Shown here: positions 63,170 to 64,000 of the stretch, one piece after another
How positions within the stretch are numbered: position 1 is the stretch's first letter
How the letters are laid out: each line of letters opens with the position of its first letter
Assembly (NCBI RefSeq): GCF_036321535.1
Contig: NC_087437.1
Location: 11,286,001-11,350,000 of the forward strand
DNA from: Camelus dromedarius
Lineage: Eukaryota
DNA: 64,000 nt
Direction of reading: 5' to 3'
Notes under the pieces: model-generated
What the model was told of the DNA's origin: nothing
What the model saw: only the letters and a program-made list of their open reading frames with translations
The model's database searches: none
Position numbers and translations under genes: made by a program

Positions 63170-63333
63170 GCTGGCAGTCCTCATCCAGGCTTTTTGCCTC
63201 CCTGGAGACAGTTGGCAATGTTTAGAGACAGGCCAGGGACACCGCTAAACATGTCACAATGCCCAGGCTGGCTCCACAACAACTAGTTATCCACACCCTA
63301 ATGTCAATTGAGCAGAGGTTGAGAAACGTGCCT
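63170..63333. mobile_element. MER20 (internally deleted)
   Basis: gacagttggcaatgtttagagaca...aggccagggacaccgctaaacat...aatgtcaattgagcagaggttgagaaac. Confidence 0.65.
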
Positions 63334-64000
63334 GCAAAACTGTGAGGTGAGTGAGATGCATGGCCTCTGATTCAAAGTGCTCTTCCTCTGACTCCGGACA
63401 CTGCAGTTCCTCCTCTAGGCCTCCTCCCATCTCCTCCCCGCCAGGAGGAAAAGCCTGATTGAATTAATACACACCAAGGTATGAATGACTGATGGATCCT
63501 GCACTAGCAAGAACGCCTGTATTTTAAGTGACTCGCTAATTTAATCTAACCTCGACTCCAATCCATGACATTTTAGCGAGGATGCCGTAACAACACAGAC
63601 CCTTAATTTCAGTAGATGAGGAAGATGGTGAAATCTGCAAAGCATGGCTCACCTTTTTAAGTCACAATCTATAGAAACAAATCAGTGATGTGTTCCTATT
63701 GGGATACAATCATGACTACTTTGTTTTATTACAAGCAGTTATGTGCACTTGGTATTGATCACAGTTGCTTTCCAGCCAGGGAAGAAACACTGGAAAAAAT
63801 TTCCTGTGCCCCAAACAAAGCTTATTTACTTTCTCTTCATTTCTAATATTGACTTGTGGATTTGATACCATGGGTCCATCCGTTAGGTATTTGAACCGTC
63901 CTTGTTTCCGTAAGTCCCAGGCTGTCTTCTCCTCCCTGGACTGCTGCGGACCTGTATCTGGATGACGTGCTGCGTAGGCTTTTATTTAAAGCAAATGAAG

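Overview
Mammalian genomic DNA, most likely a camelid (Vicugna/Lama/Camelus). The taxon call rests on 13 copies of a tRNA-Ala-derived Vic-1-type SINE and many cetartiodactyl-type L1 3' ends. The whole window lies inside the thyroid hormone receptor beta gene (THRB/NR1A2) on the minus strand. Four coding exons can be read with canonical splice sites and compatible phases: the TRbeta1 A/B-domain exon (48782-49042, 261 bp), the TRbeta2-specific first exon (coding 21115-21442), zinc-finger-1 exon (5607-5707, 101 bp) and zinc-finger-2 exon (536-683, 148 bp, missed by the ORF track). The TRbeta1 start exon and the ligand-binding-domain exons lie outside the window. The rest is intron: SINEs, L1, L2, MIR, hAT MITEs and LTR remnants, plus repeat-poor islands around the TRbeta2 exon. 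Those islands carry a TATA box, Otx/Onecut composite sites and E-box clusters consistent with the known cone/pituitary control regions. I found no convincing novel biological system. The most interesting points are regulatory or evolutionary: an upstream-AUG-rich TRbeta2 leader, a proline/GC-shifted TRbeta1 exon, a candidate second Onecut/homeodomain element, candidate intronic poly(A) sites, a strong CTCF motif and inverted SINE pairs. Repeat family names and comparisons with human or rat proteins are from recall, and boundaries of old repeats are approximate.
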